Source: Parcubacteria group bacterium (GTDB lineage Bacteria; Patescibacteriota; Patescibacteriia; UBA9934; GWF2-40-263). Taken from it: a stretch of DNA of 64,000 nucleotides. Under the pieces are notes generated by a model. That model saw only the letters and a list, made by a program, of their open reading frames with translations. It did not search any database and was not told where the DNA came from. The DNA is taken from the NCBI GenBank assembly GCA_013204395.1, contig JABMNZ010000008.1:15014-79013 (forward strand), read 5' to 3'. Positions 1 through 9,070 of the stretch are shown here, in pieces (position 1 is the first letter of the stretch; each line of letters starts with the position of its first letter). The position numbers and the translations under genes are program-made.

Positions 1-500
1 CGTGCGAACACGGAGATGAGAGATCCTCCAAAGCCCAGACCGATGAGAGCGTTAATGTCGCCAGTCAATCCGTAGAAGCCAGCAACACCTAAGATGGCGA
101 GGCCAACAACGAAAAGTCCTGTGACAGCTCCACCACGAACAGCAACGTCCATGGCTTCAGATAGTCCAGTCTTTGCAGCTTCAGTGGTACGCACATTTGC
201 ACGCACACTTACGCTCATGCCGATGTAACCAGCGAGACTAGAGAGGATTGCCCCTACAGCGAAACCAAATGCGAGGCTCCAGCCAAGGACAACACCTAGA
301 ATAAAAAACATGATCACACCAATGGCTGCGATCACCTTATATTGTCTCGCCATGTAGGCGGACGCTCCTTCTTGAATCGCTAAAGCGATCCCCTTCATTT
401 TACCTTCTCCTGCTGGGCGTGCGAGAATCCACTTAATCAAGAGGCCTCCATAAAGGAGAGCTAAGATTCCTGCACCGATGGCGTATTGTATAATGGTCAT
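1..500 (-). CDS. hppA: Membrane-bound proton/sodium-translocating pyrophosphatase, N-terminal part; the 3' end of the gene runs past the window start
   Basis: Reverse-complement ATG at 498-500 gives MTIIQYAIGAGILALLYGGLLIKWILARPAGEGKMKGIALAIQEGASAYMARQYK... The reading frame stays open to nt 1. The product is strongly hydrophobic and polytopic, and the IQEGAxAYxxRQY motif is typical of the V-PPase N-terminus. It is absent from the ORF track because it has no stop inside the window. Confidence 0.7.
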   Translation of the reverse strand, partial: MTIIQYAIGAGILALLYGGLLIKWILARPAGEGKMKGIALAIQEGASAYMARQYKVIAAIGVIMFFILGVVLGWSLAFGFAVGAILSSLAGYIGMSVSVRANVRTTEAAKTGLSEAMDVAVRGGAVTGLFVVGLAILGVAGFYGLTGDINALIGLGFGGSLISVFA

Positions 501-575
501 ACGTACTCGATGGCAAATGCGAATTATAATTATTTAAGGGAAATACGGTCGTAATTCTAGGAAAATAGAGCACTT

Positions 576-1193
576 ATGTCAATCAGTAATACCCCCACTT
601 TCAAAATCGAACGAGAGTTGCGTGAGCAAGGATATAAATGGATTGTTGGAGTAGACGAGGCTGGGTGCGGTGCATTGGCCGGGCCAGTGGTTGCAGGAGC
701 TGTCATATTCCCTTTAGATTCAGACCTGGAAGGCATTAAAGATAGTAAACTTCTTAGTGAGAAGGCTCGTGAAGATCTTTATGAAGAAGTTACGGAGAGA
801 GCTGTGTCATGGGCATCGGGTCAGGCAAGTGTTGAGGAAATTGAAGAGATTGGAATCAGACCCGCGACGTATCTGGCCATGATGCGTGCAATAGAGGCCA
901 TAGAACAGGTAGACTATGTCTTAGTAGATGCGTGGACTTTACCAAACATGAAATTACCCCAGCGTGGAATCATTAAGGGGGACAGAACCGTGAAGTCGAT
1001 TGCCGCCGGTTCCATTATTGCAAAGGTGACACGTGACAGACAGATGCGTGAGCATGCACAGACATATCCAGCTTATGGATTTGAGGTGCATAAGGGGTAT
1101 GGGACCGCTGTTCATCGCCAAGCCATCAAAGACCACGGGCCATGTGGAATCCACAGGCTCTCTTATAAAACATTTCACCCAACATTAGTATGA
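576..1193 (+). CDS. rnhB: Ribonuclease HII
   Basis: GVDEAGCGALAGPVVAGAVIF matches the RNase HII catalytic motif (DEAGRG-type). Length about 205 aa. Confidence 0.9.
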   Translation: MSISNTPTFKIERELREQGYKWIVGVDEAGCGALAGPVVAGAVIFPLDSDLEGIKDSKLLSEKAREDLYEEVTERAVSWASGQASVEEIEEIGIRPATYLAMMRAIEAIEQVDYVLVDAWTLPNMKLPQRGIIKGDRTVKSIAAGSIIAKVTRDRQMREHAQTYPAYGFEVHKGYGTAVHRQAIKDHGPCGIHRLSYKTFHPTLV

Positions 1194-1558
1194 GTGACAA
1201 ACCAGAGAATGTACGGCCATGGGGACGTTATGACATTCTAGATGTTCAAGTAGATCATCAGGTTAAACGAATCGAAGTGTTGCCATCGGGACGTTTATCG
1301 TATCAGCGTCATCAGCGCCGTGAAGAATTTTGGATCGTTATCTCTGGTCGAGCACTTCTAACTCTCGATGATGTGGATACCAAGCACGGCCCCGGAGAGG
1401 TGATGTTGATTCCTTTGGGATCAAAGCATCGAGTTGCATGTGTGGGTAATGAGAAACTTGTGTTTATTGAAGTGCAACGTGGGGACTACTTTGGTGAGGA
1501 TGACATTGAACGTTTTTCAGATGATTACGGTCGTGAGGGAACCACATCTGCACATTGA
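1190..1558 (+). CDS. Cupin-domain protein (mannose-6-phosphate isomerase-like small cupin)
   Basis: 122 aa. RPWGRYDIL...SYQRHQRREEFWIVISG resembles the cupin_2 / MPI type II C-terminal signature. ATGA overlap with rnhB. Confidence 0.55.
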   Translation: MSDKPENVRPWGRYDILDVQVDHQVKRIEVLPSGRLSYQRHQRREEFWIVISGRALLTLDDVDTKHGPGEVMLIPLGSKHRVACVGNEKLVFIEVQRGDYFGEDDIERFSDDYGREGTTSAH

Positions 1559-1665
1559 CATAAGGGGTTAAATCGACTACACTTCTCGCTGCAAATTAAG
1601 CGATTTCTATCAATCTCAGGATTAAACAAATCATCGTTCAATCGGCTCTGGGCGTTCTACGCTCA

Positions 1666-2925
1666 TTGGTTTTTGTAAAACAACGCGGGGGTCCTTTGTT
1701 GAGTAAAATGGCCATGCCTCTTAAGGGGGTTGGTCTTTTTTTGACCAAGATTATCGGTGTGCCGATTTATCGTTTGGTATTGCTGTCACGAAGATACATG
1801 GCAAAGGTCATGGGTCCTGCAAAACATCGTGTAGCTTTCTTTATCTCGAATCGATATACCGTTCACGTGATGATGGGGGTGATTGTGGCCAGTGTGGTGT
1901 TTGTGAACCTAACGGCAAGAGATGTCCGTGCAGAAGACTTTGGTCAACAGAGTCTACTGTACGAGTTGGTGGCACAAGACGACAGTTATATTTTGGAGGT
2001 GGTAGAGGCTGGTAGTTCTGTTGTGTCACTTGGAACCAGTTCTTCTTATATGTCAGATACGATTGTGAACGCCAGACGTCATATCGATTTCAATTATCTC
2101 GAAGAGTCTTATGTGACGTCTAAGGTTGGTGAAGATGTTTCTGAGCCTGCACGAGATATCCCAGAGCGCGGTAGTATCGAGACTTATGTGATTGAATCTG
2201 GCGATACTCTTGGTGGGATCGCGGAGAAGTTTGGTTTATCTTTGTCGACGATCTTGTGGGCCAATGGTCTTTCTTATAACAGCACCATTCAACCAGGAGA
2301 TGATTTGAAAATTCTACCGCGTGACGGTGTGCTCTACACCGTCCGTAGCGGAGACACACTTTCCCGAATCGCAAGTCAGTACAGTGTCGACACAGATGTG
2401 ATCATGGCAAACAATGGCATGAGCAGCGCGAATAAGTTATCTATAGGTGATGAACTATTGTTGCCGGGGGGAGAACCTCCGTCTCCTGTAAGAACGGCGC
2501 GATCTAGTGCTTCTCTCTCAAGCTTGTTTACAGCCCCATCAAGTTCTGGGTCAACATCAGCCGCTGTTGGTGGATGGGTGTGGCCAACAGACTGGCGTGT
2601 GATTACTCAATACTATGGCTGGCGTCACACCGGACTAGATATTGATGGTGACTACTCTACCTATAGTTATGCAGCCCGTGGCGGTGTGGTGATCTACTCT
2701 GGCTGGCGCAGTGGATATGGATATACTGTAGAAATTGATCATGGAGATGGTTTTGTCACTAGATATGCTCATCATTCTAAGATTTTTGTGTCAGTGGGAG
2801 AGACTGTTTCCATTGGACAAGCTCTTGCCCAAACTGGAACGACTGGTCGCTCTACCGGAACCCATCTGCACTTTGAGATCATCAGAAACGGAAAGTTCCA
2901 AAACCCGCTTGATTACATTAGATAA
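1666..2925 (+). CDS. LysM-domain M23 family metallopeptidase (cell-wall hydrolase). The TTG start at 1666 is uncertain and an in-frame ATG at 1708 is also possible
   Basis: Two LysM repeats (YVIESGDTLGGIAEKFGLS..., YTVRSGDTLSRIASQYSVD...) are followed by the M23 core HTGLDIDG...GYGYTVEIDHGDGFVTRYAHHSK...GTTGRSTGTHLHFEI. There is an N-terminal TM segment. Confidence 0.85.
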   Translation: MVFVKQRGGPLLSKMAMPLKGVGLFLTKIIGVPIYRLVLLSRRYMAKVMGPAKHRVAFFISNRYTVHVMMGVIVASVVFVNLTARDVRAEDFGQQSLLYELVAQDDSYILEVVEAGSSVVSLGTSSSYMSDTIVNARRHIDFNYLEESYVTSKVGEDVSEPARDIPERGSIETYVIESGDTLGGIAEKFGLSLSTILWANGLSYNSTIQPGDDLKILPRDGVLYTVRSGDTLSRIASQYSVDTDVIMANNGMSSANKLSIGDELLLPGGEPPSPVRTARSSASLSSLFTAPSSSGSTSAAVGGWVWPTDWRVITQYYGWRHTGLDIDGDYSTYSYAARGGVVIYSGWRSGYGYTVEIDHGDGFVTRYAHHSKIFVSVGETVSIGQALAQTGTTGRSTGTHLHFEIIRNGKFQNPLDYIR

Positions 2926-2929
2926 TAAA

Positions 2930-2953
2930 CAGGGCCATAAGGGCCCTGTTTTG
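2930..2953 (+). terminator. Rho-independent terminator after the M23 peptidase gene
   Basis: cagggcc-ataa-ggccctg hairpin followed by a TTTT run. Confidence 0.55.
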
Positions 2954-2968
2954 ATATACTGCAATGGT

Positions 2969-3352
2969 ATGAATAAAATATGTACATCCTGTAAGAAAGA
3001 AGTTGATACATTGAATGAGCACTGTAAGGGGTGTGGCTTTACTCTTGTGCTAGAACCAGATGAGAAATTGAAGGTTCGTTATTTGCGCGGTCCGGCACTG
3101 GGAGCCCTTTTGTTTACTCAAGGATGGACATTTGGGGCACGAACCTATTTGTGGTTTCTCATTTCACTCATACCTGTTTTTGGAATAATCGCATTGTTTG
3201 CTTGTTTATTGTTTGGTAGGCGTTGGAGTTGGGAGCATGGTGGATGGTCGAGTTGGGAAGAGTTCCAAGAGCGAATGAAGTTGATGGATGGCATTGGTGT
3301 GGCATGGGTTGCACTTCTGCTTGGAATCTATCTATACTTCCGGCTGTTATGA
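2969..3352 (+). CDS. Small zinc-ribbon membrane protein (hypothetical). It sits 8 nt after an extended -10 element, so is possibly leaderless
   Basis: In-frame ATG at 2969 (MNKICTSCKKEVDTLNEHCKGCGF...) inside track ORF 2735..3352, whose 5' portion overlaps the peptidase. CxxC...CxxC is followed by two hydrophobic helices. TGaTATACT lies at 2952-2960. Confidence 0.4.
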   Translation: MNKICTSCKKEVDTLNEHCKGCGFTLVLEPDEKLKVRYLRGPALGALLFTQGWTFGARTYLWFLISLIPVFGIIALFACLLFGRRWSWEHGGWSSWEEFQERMKLMDGIGVAWVALLLGIYLYFRLL

Positions 3353-4014
3353 AACATTTAGCGATAATCATGGATGGCAATAGGCGTTGGGCAAAAAACA
3401 AAGGATTGCCAACACTTGAGGGGCATCGCCGTGGATATGACAATGTAAAGACGATAGGACTAGCCGCGCTTGAGCGCGGTGTTGAGTTTTTTACGGTTTA
3501 CGCCTTTTCCATCGAGAACTGGAAGCGGAGTGAGGAAGAGGTTGGGTACCTCATGGACCTGCTTTTGAGAGCGCTTACAAAAGATTTAAGTTTCTTTATC
3601 GAACATGATGTTCGGCTTAAAGTGATTGGTCGTCGGGAGGGGTTGAGTGAGAAGATCGTTACAGCCATCGATGACGCTGAACAGAAAACGTCACATGGAA
3701 AAGCTGGGCAGATTAATTTGTGTGTGAACTATGGGGGGCGTGCTGAGATTATTGATGGAGTTAAGAAAGTTATTGAAAATGGTCAGGAGGTTACTGAGGA
3801 AAATGTAAGTAGTGCCATCTGGGGCAGTGACATGCCAGAGCCTGACATGATTGTTAGGACGTCGGGTGAAAAAAGATTGTCTGGGTTTTTGACTTGGACG
3901 GGGGTTTATAGTGAGTTGAAGTTTATTGATACATTATGGCCGGACTTTTCTGTAGCGGAACTTGAAGAGTGTATTGGGGATTTTGGGAGGCGGCAGAGGA
4001 GGTTTGGAAAATAG
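3349..4014 (+). CDS. uppS: Undecaprenyl-diphosphate synthase (cis-prenyltransferase); start moved to ATG 3349 (MKHLAIIMDGNRRWA)
   Basis: IIMDGNRRWAK...GHRRGYDNVKTI...FTVYAFSIENWKRSEEEV are classic UPP synthase motifs. ATGA overlap with the upstream small ORF. Confidence 0.9.
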   Translation: MKHLAIIMDGNRRWAKNKGLPTLEGHRRGYDNVKTIGLAALERGVEFFTVYAFSIENWKRSEEEVGYLMDLLLRALTKDLSFFIEHDVRLKVIGRREGLSEKIVTAIDDAEQKTSHGKAGQINLCVNYGGRAEIIDGVKKVIENGQEVTEENVSSAIWGSDMPEPDMIVRTSGEKRLSGFLTWTGVYSELKFIDTLWPDFSVAELEECIGDFGRRQRRFGK

Positions 4015-4186
4015 AAACTATAATATTCCCTGAGCTTGTCGAAGGGGTATCTGACAGGCTGGTTTAGTTGATGATGGGGCGAGCTGATCACCGAGACAAA
4101 CTTGCGAGATCGGACGCATGTAGGCCGACTCGAAGTTGTCACGGTGCTCACTCGCCGTGGTTACCAATTGGTGGGTGGGGGGGATT

Positions 4187-4220
4187 AAAAAACAAGGTCC
4201 ATCGAGGACCTTGTTTTTTT
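4187..4220. terminator. Bidirectional rho-independent terminator (A-run / hairpin / T-run)
   Basis: aaaaaa-caaggtcc-atcga-ggaccttg-ttttttt. It lies downstream of the minus-strand lipoprotein gene. Confidence 0.5.
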
Positions 4221-4278
4221 TGGTAAGAAAAAAGCCCGCTGCGAATTGCAGGGGCGGAGTGAACCGCGTGGGTTCAGC

Positions 4279-4773
4279 TCAGTTGCGGCAGGTGACCAGG
4301 GAGCAGCCTTCGCCGCCGGGGTCGGACCAGAGCCAGACGTCCAGTTCCTCTCCGAGCCAGTTGGCACCGGACTCAGCGATGGTGTCGGCGCTGGCGCCGT
4401 TGCCTTCGCACAGGTCGCGACCGGAGTCGTAGTTGACGTTCCAACGCACGCACTGGACGTTGGAGACCACGACGGTGTAGCCCCTGTCGTCCAGGATGTC
4501 CTGGAGGTCGCTCAGATCAGCTTGGAAGAGGACTTCTCCCTCGAAGGACTCCTCGTCAACGATGTGCCAGCCCAGGAGGCCGACATCGGACTCGCGCTCG
4601 GCGAACTCCATGGTGAGGAGGGCTGAATCGGTCAGGGCGTCTGCCCAGACCTCGAAGGTGTCGCTGTCGCCGTTGGGGGCGGGGGTGTCGGGGTCACCAT
4701 CGGACGTGCCGACCAGGTCGGGCGCGCAGGCGGTGAGGGTGAGGCCCATCAGGGCCAGGAGCATGTGTCGCAT
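4279..4773 (-). CDS. Lipoprotein, function unknown (GC-rich insert)
   Basis: MRHMLLALMGLTLTAC is a signal peptide with a lipobox. The body is acidic and Cys-containing. The local GC is visibly much higher than the flanks. Confidence 0.6.
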   Translation of the reverse strand: MRHMLLALMGLTLTACAPDLVGTSDGDPDTPAPNGDSDTFEVWADALTDSALLTMEFAERESDVGLLGWHIVDEESFEGEVLFQADLSDLQDILDDRGYTVVVSNVQCVRWNVNYDSGRDLCEGNGASADTIAESGANWLGEELDVWLWSDPGGEGCSLVTCRN

Positions 4774-4849
4774 TGGGCGTAAGCCTCCTCCAGCATTTGT
4801 TTCGGGTGCTGGCTAGGCAGATTATCACCGTGACGGGCAATGTCAAGGA

Positions 4850-6364
4850 TTATAGCTCTATGGCGTCCTGTCCTCGGTATTGAAGCGCCTCAGCCAAATG
4901 TTCGACCTCAATGTCAGGTTTTCCCTCAAGATCTGCAATCGTGCGGGCAACTTTTCGGACACGCGTGTAGCCTCGTGCGGATAATTTATTGGTCCGCAAC
5001 GCTTGTTCCAAAAGAGACTTTCCATCAGGGGAAAGTTTGCAGAGTTCGTCTAACTGTCTGGTTGAGATCTCGTTGTTCGTTGAGGCTCGCTCCCCCATTC
5101 TTTTGCGCTGAACCATTCTGGCATTGTTTACACGTCTGCGAATGATCTCAGAACATTCAGGAAGATCCTCGGACAAAAGTTTTTCATGTTTAACAGCTGG
5201 AACTTCGATGACGATGTCGAATCGATCTAGTAATGGTCCTGAGATACGTTTTTGATATTTAATCACCTGGTCAAGTCGGCAGGTGCAGTGACGATTTGGG
5301 TTTGAAAAATGTCCGCACGGGCATGGGTTCATGGCAGCAGCTAATAGAAAGCGTGCTGGAAATTGCACAGAACCTGCTGCTCGTGAGACTGTCACATGTC
5401 CATCTTCAAGAGGTTGTCTGAGATGTTCAAGGGCGTAGCGAGAGAATTCTGGGAGCTCATCTAAAAATAAAACACCTCTATGTGCCAGTGAGACTTCGCC
5501 AGGCTTTGGCCACGCACCACCTCCGACGAGGGCGACAGCTGAAGCACTGTGGTGTGGCGTTCGAAAAGGTCGGGCTTGGATTAGGCCAATGTCTGGGAGA
5601 GAAATGCCGGCTATGGAGGCTATGGAAGTTACTTCCAGCGATTCTTCATATGACAGGTCTGGAAGAATTGATGGTAGAGATCTTGCAAGGAGTGTTTTAC
5701 CAGCGCCTGGAGGACCCTTTAAAAGAATATTATGAGCTCCAGCTGCGGCGATTTCCAATCCACGTTTTGCACCCTCCTGGCCTTTCACATCTGAGAAGTC
5801 ATATGGGTGTGATGAAACATCCTTTTGTTTTATTGTAGACGCTGGTTTGATTAGTTCAACACCCAGAAGATGATCAACAACTGTGCGGATGGAGTCTACC
5901 CCGTAGACCGTAAGACCACGCAGGGCACTAGCTTCTGCAACATTTTGTTCTGGAACAAAGAGAGTTTTCCTACCTGTTCTATGTGTCATTAGGGCTGTGG
6001 TGAGCGATCCCCTTACTGGTCGAATTGATCCATCAAGAGCTAATTCACCTATAAAGACAGAGGATTCAATACTTGGACGTGGGATGACACCCATGGCTAA
6101 TAGTATCGAGAGAGCAATGGGCAGATCGTAAACAGGTCCTTGCTTTCGAACATCAGCTGGAGCGAGGTTTACCGTCACACGACCACGAGGAAAACGAAAG
6201 CCGGTGTTTCTCATGGCAGCTCGTATTCGGTCCCGAGCTTCTTTGACAGAAGCATCTGGTAAACCAACTACAGAGAACGAGCGTAGCCCCATTGTCACAT
6301 CAGTTTCTACTGTGATTGGAACCGGCTCGATTCCAATGGTCGCACTTGTAATAATATGAAACAT
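4850..6364 (-). CDS. comM: YifB/ComM family Mg-chelatase-like AAA+ ATPase
   Basis: 504 aa. The N-terminal Lon-like domain MFHIITSATIGIEPV..., Walker A GPPGAGKT, and conserved C-terminal zinc-binding Cys residues match this family. Confidence 0.85.
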   Translation of the reverse strand: MFHIITSATIGIEPVPITVETDVTMGLRSFSVVGLPDASVKEARDRIRAAMRNTGFRFPRGRVTVNLAPADVRKQGPVYDLPIALSILLAMGVIPRPSIESSVFIGELALDGSIRPVRGSLTTALMTHRTGRKTLFVPEQNVAEASALRGLTVYGVDSIRTVVDHLLGVELIKPASTIKQKDVSSHPYDFSDVKGQEGAKRGLEIAAAGAHNILLKGPPGAGKTLLARSLPSILPDLSYEESLEVTSIASIAGISLPDIGLIQARPFRTPHHSASAVALVGGGAWPKPGEVSLAHRGVLFLDELPEFSRYALEHLRQPLEDGHVTVSRAAGSVQFPARFLLAAAMNPCPCGHFSNPNRHCTCRLDQVIKYQKRISGPLLDRFDIVIEVPAVKHEKLLSEDLPECSEIIRRRVNNARMVQRKRMGERASTNNEISTRQLDELCKLSPDGKSLLEQALRTNKLSARGYTRVRKVARTIADLEGKPDIEVEHLAEALQYRGQDAIEL

Positions 6365-6413
6365 AAAACCCCCAGCAATTACGCAGGGGGTTTATTGATA
6401 TCTTTAGACTAGT

Positions 6414-6926
6414 CTAATTTTCAGCTTCTGTCAATTCTGATTTACGTCTCTGTCTACGTTTCCGTCTGGAATTTAACAACAGCAACACTATTCCTAAAAC
6501 AATAATTACATCCGATAGGTTGATGGCAGATCTTTCAAACCAGATCATGTAGTCAACGGTGTATCCGTAAACAATTCTATCGTAAAGGTTGCCAGCAGCC
6601 CCAAGAACGATCACAAGTGAAGCGAAACTTACCCCAGGTTTTTTGATTCTGTCGTCGTATGCAATTTTTAGAAGCACCGCTCCTATGATGACTGAAAAAG
6701 CGATCACGAACTCCAGTTTAAATGGTATGTCGAACGCAATTCCAATATTTTTATGAATGGCTAACCCAAAGAGTTTTCCACCGACAAGACTTCCATTTTC
6801 AGGAAGTCTTTCAATGGCAAGAATTTTGAACCACTCATCGGCAAGAACGATCAAAGCGATCGGCAATAGGAGCCAAAAAGTTTTCTTTGTATACTTCACA
6901 CCTCTTGGGTGAGTGTTTTTTTGCAC
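6414..6926 (-). CDS. lspA: Lipoprotein signal peptidase (signal peptidase II)
   Basis: 170 aa with four TM segments. Motifs NLYDRIVYGYTVDYM and FNLSDV-like are typical of LspA. Confidence 0.75.
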   Translation of the reverse strand: MQKNTHPRGVKYTKKTFWLLLPIALIVLADEWFKILAIERLPENGSLVGGKLFGLAIHKNIGIAFDIPFKLEFVIAFSVIIGAVLLKIAYDDRIKKPGVSFASLVIVLGAAGNLYDRIVYGYTVDYMIWFERSAINLSDVIIVLGIVLLLLNSRRKRRQRRKSELTEAEN

Positions 6927-7270
6927 TGTATGCAGGAGCTAGAAGTTGGACGTGCAATAATCCTTTTTTCATTAATTGGTTGGGAGCAATATTTACATGT
7001 TCCGTACAAGCCTTCCTTAATTCGTTCGAGAGCTGACTCCACGTCTCTTAGGGCTTTTTCAAGTTCGTCCTCAAGAGAAAGATTGTTTGAAAATTGTGCG
7101 ACTTCAGATGCATTTTCATCGTCCTTGTCACCAAGATTTGGGAAATCTACCTCAAAATCAGTTTCCGTTGATTTTGTATTTCTGTGTGAGAAGCTACCCA
7201 ATTCCTTTTCAAGACGAGTTTTTTCACCCAAAAGATACTCTTTCATTTTTGCCTCAAATTCAGTGCTCAT
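6896..7270 (-). CDS. DksA/TraR-family C4 zinc-finger protein
   Basis: An acidic coiled-coil N-terminus is followed by CKYCSQPI...CIQC, a C4 zinc finger at the C-terminus. Confidence 0.6.
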   Translation of the reverse strand: MSTEFEAKMKEYLLGEKTRLEKELGSFSHRNTKSTETDFEVDFPNLGDKDDENASEVAQFSNNLSLEDELEKALRDVESALERIKEGLYGTCKYCSQPINEKRIIARPTSSSCIQCKKTLTQEV

Positions 7271-7299
7271 ACATTTTTTCTTTTAAAACATTACTGAAA

Positions 7300-7740
7300 T
7301 CGTATCACCATTTTTTAAAAATAAGAAGAGGGCCATTGTACCCGCGATCAAGAAGATTGAATCGGATTGGCCCTCACGTGTAGAGCCGGATAAAGAAGTT
7401 GGCCTAACTAGGCGTTGGGTTCTATGACAGGGGTCTGTCACACAACTCAACGCCCTTAAGACACGGACTTATTCCGGCAAGATGTTACTCTCCGCTTTAC
7501 CATTCATTGGTTTTACTCGCGAACGATCCTAAGACCGTCATAGTGCAAGCTAACCTAGAATTTTGATTTTGTTTTTGTTTCACTGCTTTCTGAACAGTAA
7601 AGTCGGTAAGACGTTTCCCTAAAGCACACGGGCGTGGGGCACCCGTCGACAAGCTGTCAACGCGATTTCGGGAAACCTCCCAAGAGTTGGTGTAAAAGAA
7701 CGACTTACAAATACATGATACCAAAAAAAAGACCTTTGGT
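7300..7740. ncRNA. Unassigned structured non-coding region (candidate ncRNA; tmRNA, RNase P and SRP signatures were looked for and not confirmed)
   Basis: A gap of about 450 nt with no credible ORF lies between the dksA-like gene and the 7858 gene. It holds several strong helices: gagggcc...ggccctc; ggcgttgGgt..tgacag-gggt-ctgtca..acTcaacgcc; gacggg...cccgtc. Confidence 0.25.
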
Positions 7741-7857
7741 CAATCGTGAAAGTTTAACTAATTTTAGGTACAAACGCGTATGAGTGGATACATTATGTGT
7801 TCGGTGCTTTCCTCCTCACTTAAAAGTTATCCACAGAAAAGGCGACATATAAAGAGT

Positions 7858-9069
7858 TTATCCACAGTCTTCGGTTGAAAGAGTGATTACATTTGAATAC
7901 TTATTCTTCTCAAGCGTAATGACTGAAAAACGATTGAAAATAGAGATCAAAGCAAGTCTTGGGTCGTAGAAATCAACGTTCATACTTTCAAAGATGAGAT
8001 CTGGACTAACAACGAAAGAAGCTCCGGCGCAGTACCCAGACACGTCATCAGTAGATTGTAGGTAGGACTCAAGAAGAGATTCACTCGTTGAAATAATGGC
8101 TTGGCTGTTGTCTAAGAGCCCAAAAAGTCCATCTGCTCGGAACACTCTGTTTCCTGAGATGCTTATTTCCTCCACTGTGACCATCGATGGTTCAATCTGA
8201 AGTTCTTCGTATATGCTTCCGTCGATCATTGTTCGTGAGAAAGTCGATGGGTTATTTGCAGCACTAATTCGTTGGATCTGCTTAATAAGTGCATTTTCAT
8301 CAATTGCCCCTTTGTTGAGGGTAATAAGAACACCATCTGTCTTAACGATTATTTCCCGTATCTCAGTAATATACGGGAAAAAGTCGGAGAATATTTCTGG
8401 AATTTCTATCTGATTCTGTTCTATTAAAGCGTGAGCAATAGAGCCTGTTTTTAAGAGGACCTCTTGTTTTTGTTGTTTTTCAGTTTCAAATTCGATTTTA
8501 ACATCGTTGTTTGCAATGAGGATATTTCCATGGCCATATCCTTCAATCCATAAACTCCCCAACCAGATTCTTGAAAATGATGGGAAAAATGATCTTCTAT
8601 GTGGCGCATCTACACCACTGATAGGTGCGAGAGTCTCAGAAAGTAGTATATATTGTCCTACTTTTTGTGTTGTAACACCAAGACTCTTGAAAAAACCTGG
8701 CTCAAGATCTTCTTCATTAGATCGGATTGCTACAGACCGGTGTCCGTCGTCTGTAAAAAATACAGCAAATTCACCCATGGTGAGACTAAGAATATCATCA
8801 GACTCAAGGCTTCGATTTGAAATAAGCGGAACGGAACTCAATAACTTATCAATATCCTCCATTGTTGAGTCATTTATCTGCAGATAGATGGCCGCCACCG
8901 TTCCATCAGGAGCGGCTGAGAATATAGAGACTCTACTCATCCAAACTGCAGATCCCCTCCACACAAGAACAGAAGCTATTACCCAAAACAACACCGAGAT
9001 CCAAACAACCCGTCGGCTATGACGGGTTGTTTTTCGGTGTTTTGATAGTGGAATATTGAGCCGTTGCAT
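7858..9069 (-). CDS. Hypothetical membrane-anchored protein; start moved to ATG 9069 (MQRLNIPL...) to avoid overlapping the end of pnp
   Basis: Long ORF with one N-terminal TM (VVWISVLFWVIASVLVW). I see no recognisable catalytic motif. Confidence 0.5.
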   Translation of the reverse strand: MQRLNIPLSKHRKTTRHSRRVVWISVLFWVIASVLVWRGSAVWMSRVSIFSAAPDGTVAAIYLQINDSTMEDIDKLLSSVPLISNRSLESDDILSLTMGEFAVFFTDDGHRSVAIRSNEEDLEPGFFKSLGVTTQKVGQYILLSETLAPISGVDAPHRRSFFPSFSRIWLGSLWIEGYGHGNILIANNDVKIEFETEKQQKQEVLLKTGSIAHALIEQNQIEIPEIFSDFFPYITEIREIIVKTDGVLITLNKGAIDENALIKQIQRISAANNPSTFSRTMIDGSIYEELQIEPSMVTVEEISISGNRVFRADGLFGLLDNSQAIISTSESLLESYLQSTDDVSGYCAGASFVVSPDLIFESMNVDFYDPRLALISIFNRFSVITLEKNKYSNVITLSTEDCG

Positions 9070-9070
9070 T

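Noticed and set aside
4136-4816. Plus-strand ORFs 4136..4432, 4246..4626, 4496..4816 in the GC-rich block
   Set aside because: They overlap the minus-strand lipoprotein gene, which has a clean signal peptide/lipobox and a downstream terminator. The plus ORFs are low-complexity.
7380-7740. tmRNA or RNase P RNA assignment for the structured intergenic region
   Set aside because: The only tag-like frame ends ...ASKTNEW rather than an A-L-A-A type tag. No TPsiC-loop/CCA tRNA-like end is present. The CR-I/CR-V-like strings are only about 50 nt apart and cannot form P4. I kept it only as an unassigned ncRNA candidate.
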